A stretch of 64,000 nt of DNA from the human T2T-CHM13v2.0 reference genome, Homo sapiens. Shown here one piece after another: positions 31,098 to 50,132 of this stretch; the first letter of the stretch is position 1, and every line of letters starts with the position of its first letter. A model generated the notes under the pieces. It was not told where the DNA came from and did not search any database. It saw only the letters and a program-made list of their open reading frames with translations. The DNA is taken from the NCBI RefSeq assembly GCF_009914755.1, contig NC_060929.1; one strand, 5' to 3'. Both the position numbers and the translations under genes were made by a program.

Positions 31098-31605
31098 TGT
31101 GGCAGAGTGCTGTTTTCAATCTCTGTTCTCCTCTTCTTTTTTAGCAATAAAATCCCACATTTTTAACTGCACACATGGTCCTCTAGGGTAAAGACTGGAT
31201 TTCCCAGCTTCCTTTGCAGTCATGTGGCATGTCACTAAGTTTCAGCCAATGGGATGAGAGCAGAAGTGTAAAGCAAGGTGTTCCTAAAGGGATGGGGCTT
31301 CAGCCCATCCTTCTCTTCTTCCTTCCAGCTGCCTGGAGTGTGTGGCCAGGAAGGCTGGAGCTCAAGCATTTGGGGCCATGACCAGGAGTCCACATGCTAA
31401 GGATGACGAGGCAAGATGATTAGGAGTCTGGCTGTCTGATGCCATGAAGTGCCATGCTGGCTCTGGACTGCTCACCCCACCCCACCCCACTCTGTACTTT
31501 TATATTAGGAATACTCTTCCATCTTGTTCAAGCTGCCAGTATTGGTTCCCCACCCTGCTTTTTTTTTAACCGTAATGCAGGTGAACCTAATCTAATTGAT
31601 CCACA
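31098..31605 (+). mobile_element. Old MaLR LTR (MLT1H/I/J-like)
   Basis: 'atttcccagcttcctttgcag...gtcactaagtttcagccaatgggatgagagcagaagtg'. Confidence 0.6.
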
Positions 31606-31879
31606 GTGTGGTCGTTCTCAGTAAATTGTTATGTGTCACTCTCAAGCAACCCTATTATAGTTTTCAGACAATCCCAAGTTGATTAAACCCACTGTACACT
31701 ATGCTATTTAGATGACTGAACTGAGTAGACACCCCTGAATACATTGAAAAAAATTCTTATGTCCAAAGTAGACAAAATCAAGGAAGTACCTTCCTCCATT
31801 TCTCCCTAACCACACACACACTTACACACCACTTAGAGAATTAGGTCCTAATTAGTTTATAAGCTCCTTTCCCTATGGT

Positions 31880-32065
31880 GTGTTTTCTTAATACCTTGTG
31901 CTTCTACTTCTCTCATCTTTATCATAATTATTCTTTCAAACTCTTTTCTCTACTAGCTTCTGGAAGGCAGTGACTATGCATTACATACCAGTGCACCCCT
32001 GAGGCCGAACACTGAGCTAGGCCCACAGAGGGCACCCAACAAATATTTGTTGGATAAATAAATAA
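31880..32065 (+). mobile_element. L2 3' end fragment
   Basis: 'ggaaggcagtgactatg...gagctaggcccacagagggcacccaacaaatatttgttggataaata'. Confidence 0.6.
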
Positions 32066-34102
32066 CTCCTTTTTCAAAGGCAACACCAAAAGAAATTAAC
32101 ACATTATTAATTAATAAAATACAAATAAATTAGCATTTTCTATATTAAATGGCTAATTGGAGAATAAGAAGTTTACATGTGACAAAGTGTGGGACTGTTT
32201 CACATACGTCCCTTCCCCAAAGGTATTAAATGTATCATTCTATTTTCTCTAAGTTGCAATAAGAAGAGATCAGTGCTTGTTCATATTCTTCATGGATATG
32301 AGCACAGACTTCAGCAGGTGCTCTTTCTATACCACTGATAATGGGAAATCTCAATAGAGAAAAGAAAGGGAAGGGAGTGAGAGAAGATTTCTTTTTTAGT
32401 TTGTCAAGGTGAACACTGGCACTTCAATTTTATTTTTTTTTTTAAGGAAAAAAATAATCTAGTGAAGATAACTTAGAAGTTGGGTTCCTCAAAAATAGAT
32501 AAACGATGGAGGAAATGCAGCTCTCCTGTAAACACAGATAATGACCAGAGAAACCCAGTATCTCAGGGGTGGAATGGATCTGAGAGGTTATCCATTCCAG
32601 TGAAATTATTTTTGTTGTAACATCTAAGTCTGCAGAAGATATGTTATCACTATGGGTGAGTTTTCAGGGAGGGATAAGACTGCACGTGGGTGTTGGGAGG
32701 AAGAATACCATGTGTTGAGGACAGATGGAGCTTGTGGGGAAAACTGGGTAAAATGAACTCTCTTGTCTTTGTCTTCATCTTCAAGCCTGCCTCTGGTCGT
32801 GTTTGGCTCTATTTTGAGCAGACACTGCCTCCGTGGGCTCTGTGTAAGCTCTGCGAGAGGAGCAATGTGACATCACCCCACAAATGTATCATATCATGAT
32901 CACTGCTTGAGTTGGAATTCTCTGTGCACCTGTCTGCTTCACCAGGTCCATGGAAATCTGTTAATTGCCTGGTTCTCCATTACCAGTAAGTAGTAGGCAA
33001 ATCATAAAAGTTTATTGAATTGATAACATTTTGTGCCTTTTTCTTAACATGGAAATAAGGAGGTGGTTCTTTGTTTGAAAATGATGTATGGCTTCAGGAG
33101 ATGGCAAAAAAGACAAGAAGTTTGTACGTCTCTTTGGTCTCTGAATTGTTCCTAGAGATTGGGTGTGTGGGTTTTACCTGATTTGATAAATAAGATCAGA
33201 GACCTAGAAGTGCAATAGAAAGTCCTAGGCTCATTATTACTCTACTCTTAGATTATTGTAGACCAGAGTTTTTCACTCTGTGTCTCTTGAAAGGAGTTGG
33301 GGAGACCAGAAATTTGGAAAACAAACAAGTAGGTCCAAGTGTTTCTGTGGGACATGGTGTATTTTTCTTGATGAGCATGACTGAGTTTTGTGGTAACTGT
33401 TCTGCCCATAGCCCTGTTCTCTGGGAATTCTCTCCATTCACCCATAGCCTGTGCAACCATGGGAGGGTGGCACTGCAGCAACCAGCTTGCAATTCAAGTC
33501 ACTGCTCCACCAGGAAGGAACTGAATTCTCTCTCCTGAGAATTTCAATGCCACAGAGGCCAAATCAGTCTTTTTAGGGCTCTGGAATTGAAAGTCCACAT
33601 GGAGAGTCAGGGTTAGGCCCAGTGCCCCAAAAACCAAAGCCACACAGCAACCAAAGTGAGAGGAGGAGGCAGGGTCGGCAGAGGTGGCCAGACGGTGGGG
33701 AGAGTAGAGCTCATATCAGAGAGGAGCTGGGGAGCTCCATGTGGGAGATGAGGACAAGGACAAAAGGTCCAGACATTCAGAGACAGGGACTCCATGGCTG
33801 TATATAGTGCTTCACCAATGGGTGTCTTTGAGATTTGTGTCCTTTCAATAAGTGCCCTTAAATGGGCACTGATGTAGGTGGATATATATCTCTTACTAAT
33901 AATCTCTGACTAAGACACTTGTTTGATGAAAGTAATCCATCTTTTCATGAATACTCTGGATTTGTGCATGAGTGCTATGAACCTCGGTGTTCTGCTACTA
34001 AGTCTATTCAGGCTTCTGTATATTCTCCACCAGAAAAGGCATGTGCCCATTACCAGGTGCCTCTACTTAAGAAACAATTTTGAAATTAAAAACTAGTTCT
34101 TT

Positions 34103-34470
<368 letters not shown>

Positions 34471-34599
34471 TAGGAATGTTATATCTAAAACAAGGTCACT
34501 GAACACAAATCTCATTCTCATCTGTGTTTCTCTGGCCAGCTGCATCATTGCTTCTGCCTTTCAGTGTATGTACATGATAAGGGACTTGGATGGTCAGGT

Positions 34600-34745
34600 A
34601 CATTCTTCTCCTTTATATATGAAGAAACTGAGGCCCAAGGAAGTCAAGCAACCTACTTACCCAAGGTCGAAAAGTGATCCTGGACAAAGCTATGGATGAA
34701 CTCAGTGGTCCTCAGTGCCAAGTCCCGCGGCACTCCCCTTTCATT
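34600..34745 (-). mobile_element. MIR fragment
   Basis: 'atgaagaaactgaggcccaaggaagtcaagcaac...cccaaggtc'. Confidence 0.6.
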
Positions 34746-35699
34746 GAGCGATCTTCTTGTCTTGTCAATATTTAATTTATCCGCTGGCTACAATAGGCCC
34801 CTCTTGGCCAGCTGAGTATAAGCTTAGGCATACTTTATTTCTTTTCCAGTGAAGTTTTTCCATGTGGTCCTTTATATAATTCGTCCTCAGCTAGGAAAGA
34901 AAATGTATGCTGGTGTCAGGGGGTAAGCCCTCCAACAGTTCCAAAGTTAGCTTTCTGCCTGCTGCATTTTTCAGCTGCAGAGCTGAGTAAATCTAGAACA
35001 AATGCTCTCACGAATCACTGATGGGGTCTGTAAAGAAGAATGTTTCCAGTCCCTCTGAGGCCTGACTTAAAAAATGCAAGTAGTTTTAGAAAAAGAGAAA
35101 GGTGGCTACTTTTCAAACCAATACTTTGTCCACCCTCTGAGTCTCTGACCTGCATGCACATTGGCTCAAACAAACGTGATCCACTTAGCTTCACCTGGCT
35201 TGTCATCTCAAATCCCAAATCAGCAGCGCCTCATATTCAAGAAGCAAGGCTGTGTAGAAGCAGCAGGCAAGACTACAAAAGGCCTAGAATAAACAAGCCC
35301 AGGAGAAGCCGACGAGTTGAGGGGAGGCAATGCTGCCATGGCCTGGAGCACTGGAGCTACTGGAGAAGTTTAAGAATGTTAGAGAATCTACCTGCCCAGT
35401 CCGGTCCCTGCCCATTGCACAGACAGCCCTGTTAGGCATTCCCCATCATGAATGTATGTGGAAGAAGGAACTGAAAGCACTGAAGGAAACTTGTAAATCC
35501 TTGGGACAATAGAAGCAAAGCATCAGAGACAGAAGCCAACCAGCCATGTGAGGAACACAGGACTAGCCCTTAAGCCTGTGCTTTGAACCTGTGCTGGGCC
35601 CTTATAAGGGAAGCAAGTGCTGCCTGTGGGGGTCATCCCAAACTGCTTCCAGCTCTGCTGCACACTGCTTTGTACAAATAGTAAAAGGCAACACGGATG

Positions 35700-35925
35700 T
35701 GGCATTTATCCTGGCACTGTGCTGGCCACTCTTTACATTCATTAGGCATTCACTGAATCTTCTCCAAAAGCCTGTTAGGTGGGTTTTCAGTATCCTTACT
35801 TTCCAAGTGAAGAAGCAGAACTCTGCAAAGTCAAATGACTTTCCAAATTTACACATTTATAAAGGAAAAAGGCCTAGATTTAAACCAAGGTTTTTCTAAC
35901 CTTAGAATCCAAAGTCTTATCTCTA
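35700..35925 (-). mobile_element. MIR fragment
   Basis: 'ctggcactgtgctgg...gcctgttaggtggg...gtcaaatgactttcc...tttaaaccaaggtttttctaac'. Confidence 0.55.
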
Positions 35926-36214
35926 ATTATCTCTTGCAATGTGTTTTTTCTACAAGAAATTGCCAACCTTCTTGGTAATCATGCTTAGATGCTGCCAAAG
36001 TTATTCAGAAGACCCAGGCTTTTTAATTCCTCCCTTCTCCTTCTCCCCGTCCCTCTTTTTCTCTTTCCCTTTTCTCTTTCTTGCTTTTATTCTTTTTTTT
36101 TCCTTTGTACTTCTTGAGAAACTCTCCCTAACCCCTAACAATATTGTTGAAACCAGTATTTGGCTCCCTGCGTCAAAAGGCTTCCTGTTTAGCAGCAAAG
36201 GTCACATTCTTTCC

Positions 36215-36321
36215 ACTTTCCTATAAATGTGAGATCCTTGAAAGAAATTTCTGATAAGAAAAGTGTTGGACCCTTTTCTTATCAGAAATTTCTTTCAAGG
36301 GTCTCACATTTACAGGAAAGT
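36215..36321. repeat. Near-perfect inverted repeat (49-bp arms, 9-nt spacer)
   Basis: Left arm 36215-36263 is the reverse complement of right arm 36273-36321 at 47/49 positions. Confidence 0.97.
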
Positions 36322-37581
36322 ATAAATGGTTGATAAGCCTCATAGAAGAGGGTGCCAAGCCTTAGCAATAATAAAATATCCTCAAAGGTGAAGAATCACA
36401 GAAGAAATCAGGCACAATGGAGATTAAGTCACCAAGGAAAGGAATCAGTCACCATGAAGAATTGAGGTCACCAACAGGGCCAAGAAGAGGGAGGCTTTTC
36501 CATTGGGAATGGAGTTCAAGAGGAGAGATGGCTGGTAGACTGAGCAGGTTAACCTTCTTAGTTGACCTTCAAAGCATCAGTGGGCAATGCTCTTCCTTCT
36601 CCCAAGGCTGCCTCCCTGCCGTCTAGCTCAGGAAATGGCCAGGTGGTCTTCTCTCCTTCCCCCTTGCCTTCCTTCTTAACTGGATCCAGGTTCCTGTCAC
36701 ATGTCCCATCCAGCAGCCTGCCTCTTGAGGAAGCCTGGTTCCTCTTGTCCTCTAACATGGCTAATTTATCTAGGCCCTGGGTAGAGTCTTATGGACAACC
36801 TACCTTCCCCCTACCCCACAATATTTGCCACCACAATAAAGTACATGGGGAAATCACATCTAGAAAAGAACATGCCCAGAAGTAGTCTCAGAATTGCAAT
36901 TTCTCATGGCTGGGCTGAACAAGGCAGCTAAAGGAACTGCTGTTCTAAGCCATAGAGTTATAAAGATATCCGGTATCTCTGAGGACCATCTCATGCTATT
37001 CCTGTATTTCATTAGCTCAGCACTAATTGACTTAACTAGAACAGACAAAGGCTCATTAAAATATCATGCTGAATGAGATGTAATTTTCAGAATAATGTTA
37101 ATATCAAAAAGTGATTGGGAAACAGCTTTGCCCACCCCTGCAAGTGAGGAGATATTTTGTAAGGTAAGCACTTTTCTCAACAACGGGGTTTGGAAGCTGG
37201 GAAAAGGGAAAATAATATGGATGAAGAGGCTGTTGCTGTGAGGATAGAAATTCCATGTCAACTAAACCCAGCTCTGTCTAGTCAACCCAATATCTGAACA
37301 TTTGGCTTCTCAAAACGTAATTCTACTTTAACCCTAATCCACTAATTACATCTTCTCTAAATTGACCATTCAGCAATTCTTCCATACAAATTAACCACCA
37401 GTCCACTTTTAAGAGAAACTGCCAAATTAAATTTAAAATCAGCCAGTGCTGCTTTTCCCATAGGGATCAGTCAGTTGTGAAGCATCGTGGCAACGATAAC
37501 GTAGGCAGACGTAGTTAGTTTTGTGTAGTATAAAGAACATGGCCTTGAGTTAGTCCTAACTTACAGTCTTAGCTCAGTCAC

Positions 37582-38014
37582 TGTGGTGGGTTAAATAGTG
37601 TACCCCCAAAATTAATGTCCACTCAAAACCTCAAACTGTGAACTTATTTGGATTTAGGATTTATATTTGGAGATAGTAATTAGTTGAGATGAGGTCATAG
37701 TGAATTAGGGTGGGTTATACCAGTGACTGATATTCTTATAAGAAGAGGAGAGGCTCACAGAGACACACACAGGGTAGAAGACCATGTGAAGACAAAGGCA
37801 GAGATGAGAAAGATGCAGCCATAAGCCATGAGAAGTTAGGAAGAGGCGAGAAAGGAGTCTTCCCCAGAGGCTTCAGAGGGAGCATGGCCCCACCAACACC
37901 AACACCTGTTTTGGACTTCCAGCCCCCAGAACTGTGAAAGAATAAGTTTCTGTGGTTTTAATACACCAAGTTTGTGGTCATAATTTGTTATAGCAGCCCT
38001 AGAAGAATAAGACA
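37582..38014 (+). mobile_element. MLT1 (MLT1C-like) MaLR solo LTR inserted into a MIR
   Basis: TG...CA ends; TSD GTCAC/GTCAG; 'ccatgtgaagacaaaggcagag', 'ttggacttccagcccccagaactgtga'. MIR halves at ~37510-37581 and ~38020-38250. Confidence 0.85.
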
Positions 38015-38924
38015 GTCAGTAATCAGCTGAGTAAACTTGAACGAGTTATTTATCCTCTCTGAGCGTCAGTTTCTTTGTCTAGACCAGAGTTTCGGCCTAC
38101 AACTTAGGATAAATTATATAGGCATTCTATTTGCTTATCTTAAAATGGACAGTAATATTACCTAGCTTTTTAAGTAGAGAGAATTGGAATTAAAATGTGT
38201 TGAGCTCCTAATACATCATGAGCATTAATAGGAATCTCATTAAATATTTGCAATAAATTTCTCTACACTGACTTGATCTGAAAAGAAGTTGAGATGGCTT
38301 AACAAATTTTTGTCTTAAAGCATGATACACTTGGACAGAACTTGATGCTAGACTTTCCAACATCCAATGCAAAAAGGGAAACATGACATTTTATGTGACT
38401 CACATATCCACAGGGTAAATTATCACTATGTTATCCTGGCAATCCTAGGGAAGATACTAATGGGCCAAACTCCGCTCTCCCATGAACCCATTTTCCTATC
38501 AATGTTTCCAGATTTGATTTAACCTCATATGTTATTAAATTTCTCTGTGAACAAGGCTTACCATAGCAAAAATAAGGGAAGACCTAATTTCTGTTGAGAA
38601 AGAACTTCTTGTCCAGTAGTGAGGTAGGGTTTGGAGGGAAGTTATATAAGCCTACAGGAAACTGATGTAAAGCAGAATAGAATCATGTCATCAATCCTTT
38701 GAAGCTCGAAAGGATGGATAAAGGACGGCAATAGGATTCTGAAATAACACAAACCCAAGTTCTATCTCACAGCCATTTTCTCACAAAGCAATGGACACCC
38801 CAAATGTTATCTCACCTCCTACCCACAGCCCAGTGCCCAAACGGGACAGTTTAGACGGTTGGGGCTTCTTCTTTTCTGAAAAACTTACCTAAGGATTGGC
38901 GTTTCCAAGAAAAGCAAAGTCTAG

Positions 38925-39410
38925 GAATTGATGCAAGAAATGGTATGTTAAGTTCTAGGAATGTAATAGTGAATAAAAACAGGCAAGATCCCTGCCCTAA
39001 TAGAAATTACACCAATCATAACCAAATTTGAAGGTAAAAATGTTCTCTGCTATGAGAATAGATAATAAAGATGAGTGTTCTAGTTACAGCAGTCAGGGAG
39101 TTGTCCCGTAGAAGTGGTGTTAGAGCTGAGATTCAAAGCATGAGTAAAATGTATCTAGGAGAAAAGATGGTGACACAGCTTTCCAGACAGGATGAACAGC
39201 ATCTGCAAAGGCACTGAAATGAGCAGAGCTTGACTAGTAGAAAGGACTTAACAAAGGCCAAATTCAGTGCTCTGGGAAGAGCACAGAAAGTCATGGAGGG
39301 AAGAAAAAAAGCTGTCGTGTTAGATGGCAATGAAATCATGCAAAGACCTTGTAAGCCATGTTAAGCTGTGTCTGTATCTCAAGAGAAATGTGAAGCCATT
39401 TGAGAGTTTA
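38925..39410 (-). mobile_element. L2 fragment
   Basis: 'gtgaataaaaacaggcaagatccctgccct...ttccagacaggatgaacagcatctgcaaaggcactga...gaccttgtaagccatgttaag'. Confidence 0.7.
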
Positions 39411-39411
39411 G

Positions 39412-39566
39412 AAGTTTGTTCTGCAGTGTGGGTCATGGATCAGCAGCATGGGCATCATCAGGGAACATGTTAGAAAAGCCTAACCCCAGGCACAAGCCCA
39501 TGCCAACCAAAACAGAATCTGTTCCCCAGGTGATTTGTATGCATATTCATGTTTGAGAAGCACTGG
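39412..39566. mobile_element. MER5A-like MITE
   Basis: 'cagcagcatgggcatcatcagggaacatgttagaaa...ccccaggtgatttgtatgcata...gtttgagaagcactg'. Confidence 0.7.
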
Positions 39567-39651
39567 AAACTAGAGCATTTTTTGATGGTAGAGGAACCGC
39601 CAAATGCAGAATTCAACGCAAAACGTTTATGGTTTTTCTCGAAATCCTACT

Positions 39652-39997
39652 ATCTGTAACAAAATGGATGAACCTGGAGGACATTTGCCAAGTGAAATAA
39701 GCCTGTCACTAAAGGGCAAATATGGCATGATTTCATTCATATGAGGTGTCTAAAAGAGTCAAATTCATAGAATCAAAACATATAATAGTGGTTTCCAGTC
39801 CCTAGAAGGAGAGAGAAATAGAGAGTTGCTAATTAGCAGTCAGAAAGTTTCAGTCAAGCAAGATGAATAAACACGAGAGATATAATGTGTAACATTGCAC
39901 CTATAGTCCATAATAATGTAGTGTACATTTTAAAATTTGTTAAGAGGATAGTTAAGTATTAACTCATGTTAAGTGTTCTTACCACAATAAAAAAAAT
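39652..39997 (+). mobile_element. L1MA-type 3' end fragment
   Basis: 'atggatgaacctggaggaca...gtcaaattcataga...catgttaagtgttcttaccacaataaaaaaaa'. Confidence 0.8.
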
Positions 39998-40056
39998 ATG
40001 AAGTTCTACATGTACTACTTGTACATTTTTCTGTATCTTTCATATACCTCAATATA

Positions 40057-46244
<6,188 letters not shown>

Positions 46245-49200
46245 CATTTATGTTTTTAAGTATGTGAGTATGCATTCATGTGTTAAGAAGGGACGATGAT
46301 AAATTTCAACACAGAGCCATGCCCAATAATACTACATACCACCCTATTCCATGTACACTCTTTTTGAGAGCAATAACTACATTTTCTACTATGTCAGAGC
46401 TCCTCCATGCACTTGGAACAGTATTAGGTATGTATAGAATGCTCCATATTTGTTGCATGCCCTTTGTTGACAACTCTGAGGCACTCAAACCTGGTACCTC
46501 TGTGGGGTGGCTCCCACTCTGGAGAGATATCTCTTAACAATCAGGCTCTCTTTTTACTCAACACCAGAGATAAGACATGACCTGAGAGTCTCTCCACACA
46601 GTTCTCCTGTGCATACTAATTGATCTGAATTGACACACAAATGAAATCAATTTGCCACCCCCAATTTCTTTGAACAAGACATGGAAACAAATCTCAGCAA
46701 CAATCAAAACTTCTGAACCTTCTGCATTTGCTCAGGGGCCTTCTGGCTTGCAAGCCTAATTTCTGGGAAAACCTTTCCAAGAGGGAAGCAAAATCACACC
46801 GTGTTGGAGGTTGGCCAGGGGAAACAGTGATGGTTACACAGCAGGCTCCCCACCCAGAAGGGGAGGAATGGATACTAGCTCTGAGAGCTTGCTTCTTGCA
46901 GAAACACCAATATTTGAAGAAGGAATAGCAGAGACATCATTGGGCCACACAATGATTAGGATGCATGCTAAATATGGTCAGCAGTATCCCAAGTATACAG
47001 ATTAGCTCTGGTGGGTTAGAAAATGCAGTTATTGCTCTCAAGCAGTGCTTCCTCCTGGGGGAAGAAATTGTTTGTTCTTTTTGAACCACCAGAGCTGCCT
47101 CTGGGTCTGCAAAGAAGGATGACTGGAAGCTGTTCAAAAAGACAACTTAACCTTCCTCCCACTGGGCAACTTCAGTTACCACAAGCTTAGACAGAGATGT
47201 ATAAGCTGTCAAACACCACAAAACTAATTCTAAATCTCTGAACCAAGCAAGATTCCAAGCATAAATAGCCAGCCTCATTTTGCTTTCAAACTCTTTATAA
47301 AAGGACAGACAAATCTTTCTTTCCCCCTATTCACGCATAGAGGAGAAAGATAAAACTGGATTTGCCACCAACTGTGCCAAATCCAACATTTGGTCAATTC
47401 TTTCAAGCACAAGCATTTTTCTGGACACTCAGCTCTGGGAGTGTAATCAAATGAAATTGATTTTGCTTCTGAATGAATCAACTTTATTTTGTGGGGGTTA
47501 AGTGGACTTGGCCTAGGTCAGCTTTTAGGTTGTATCCATTGGTAGATTTAAAGGGACCACCAAGTACATCCATATGTCAGTGTCCTTGGAGTCCTAATGT
47601 AAGAGGAAAAGGCAAGAAATGCAGGACATGGCTCCATCCTCAAAACCATTGCCACATAATTAAGTGATATTTTAACATTTTATTTATCCATATACTATCA
47701 GGAGAGGCAAATATATGGCAGACTCTAATAAACAGACATAGTGAATAACATCAAACAACCAAACAGAAGGTTTTGTGTCATGAGGAAAAGCCAACAATAT
47801 CAATGAGGGCTACAGGCTCAGAGGAAAGGGGAAACTTGGGATCCATGTGGAATTGAAAGAGAAAAAACAGGAAGTTGGGCTTTTGAACAAGTCACCCAAC
47901 AGATATATGTGTGCCTTCATTGAGCACATTTGGAATGTCTTAGCTGATGCTGTACCCTTTACATTTACACCTACCATACTCTTCCCAAGGAGAGAGTCAG
48001 GGATAGGACAGATTGCCAAATCCTGAAAGAAACATCATCCAAATGGGTAAATACATCTTTCCAAACGTAGAAAGTCCCAAATCACTTCTCTGCAATGTTC
48101 AGAAAGATTTACTCCGGAACACAAAAAGGTAGCAACTAATTCCAGCTTTCATATCTGAGTACTATAATTTCTGTATTCCCCTGGGAGTTATTCTATCACC
48201 ATTTTATTTTATTGCTATGTTTGTTTTTACGCTGGGCATGAAAACCTAAGACTTCATGACACCAGATTCCATGGTGCTGATTCACTATTTTATACCTCAG
48301 CTAGCCCCTCTGAGAAAAGTACTATTGAGATATATTCCTGTTTGAGAGAGCTATCATTTTACTAATCAACACAAAGCCCATTGCTGAAAAAAAGACATGT
48401 ATTTGACTGTGTTTATTATGCATCCTTGGCATAAGTGTAAGGCTTTGTATACAATGAGGACTAAGAAAAGTGTTAGTTCATTCAGAAAGTCAGTCAAAAG
48501 CAGCTGTTGATTTCAAACAGTGAGAACAACTGAATGAGGTAGGGAATTTAAATGCATTGTTTGAAATTTCATTAATGAGGTGCATTTAATGACAGTGGGA
48601 ACATGCATAAAGGAGACTTAATTATATTTAGCTCACCTTCTTGAAATGGAGGTCTAAAACCAGAATGATATGATATATATTTTAAGCAGTAGGTAAAAGG
48701 AAATATAATTTTAAAAATGATATTATGCTTAATTCTGATTGGAATACAACGGGGAAAACATATTTAGATCTAGGTTCCTCATTTTAACAAACATAAATAT
48801 TCATAGGAAAGTGTCTAGGGTAGTGAAGTATTCAGAAACTGCACCACATGAAGAATGGGGAGGGCATTTACCGAATTTTAACCCTGGGAGGACGGCTTCA
48901 CAAAAGTAGTATCCTTGAATGACTGAAGAACTGCTTCGTGGCTGCAAACTCCTTCTATGTTGTTCTACAATGGCAGAAACCATGAAGAAGTGAGCACGAT
49001 GATAGGGTTTCCAAGCTGCTAGAACTGCCCAGTGATGGAATCAGTGTGGCAGAAGCAGAACAAGATGGGACAAGAAAGGGAAATAGTTCAAAGAGTAAGA
49101 AACTGAATGAGGAATCATATTGTAGACAAGACCCAAATCTCTACATAAAAGGAATCAAAACCAGGGGAACTTTTTTTCCCAATAGAGTTTATTTTTTCAG

Positions 49201-49824
49201 AACAGTTATAGGTGTACAGAAAAATTAAGACCATATACAGAGTTCTGGTATACCCCACACCCAGTTTCCCTTATTATTAACCACTTACATTTGTTACAGT
49301 TAATGAACCAACATTCATACCGTATTTTTAATAACTGAAAGTTCATAGTTACTCAGATTTGCTTAGTTTTTCCTTATGTCCTTTTGCTGTCCCAGGATCC
49401 TATCCAGGATACTACCATACACGCACATCATGTATCCTTTAGGATCCTCTTAGCTGTGAAAACTTCTCTTGATTTTCTCATTTTTGATGACTTTGACAGT
49501 TTTGAGTACTGGTCAGATATTTTGTAGGATGCCTCTCACATAGGATTTGTCTGTTATCTTTCCTCACAATTAGACTGAGACTGTGGGCTTTGGGGGGAAA
49601 ACCACAGAGATAAACTGCCATTTTCATCACATTATATCAACATGGTTTCTCACTGCTGATGTTGGCCCTGATCGCCTGGCCATGGGTGTTTTCTGGGTTT
49701 CTTCACTGTAAAGTTACTGTTTCCCTCCTTCCTTTCCATGCTGTACTCTTTGAAAGGAAGTCACTATGAGAAGCCTGCAATTAAAGAGTAGAGATTTATG
49801 CTCTCTTTCTTAAGAATGGAGTAA

Positions 49825-50132
49825 GGAAACCATCATTCTCAGCAAACTAACACAAGAACAGAAAACCAAACACTTCATGTTTGGTTTTCACTCATAAGTG
49901 GAAGTTGAACAATGAGAACACATGGGCACAGGGAGGGGAACATCACACACTGGGGCCTGTTGCGGGGTGGGAGGCAAGGGGAGGGAGAGCATTAGGAGAA
50001 ATACCTAATGTGGATCACGGGTTGATGGGTACAGCAAACCACCATGGCACATGTATGCCTATGTAACAAACCTGCACGTTCTGCACATGTACCCCAGAAC
50101 TTAAAGTATAATAATAAAAAAATTGTAAAAAA
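49825..50132 (+). mobile_element. L1PA7/8-like 3' fragment (5' part of the chimeric insertion)
   Basis: 'ggaaaccatcattctcagcaaactaacacaagaacagaaaaccaaacac...cagaacttaaagtataataataaaa'. Confidence 0.9.

Noticed and set aside
32538-32655. Possible + strand exon (ctctcctgtaaacacag acceptor, TGG/GTGAGT donor)
   Set aside because: Splice-like motifs of this strength are common by chance; there is no coding signal and no partner exon identifiable from sequence alone.
36390-36480. Three GTCACCA motifs spaced ~20 bp apart
   Set aside because: Too degenerate to call a tandem repeat or array.
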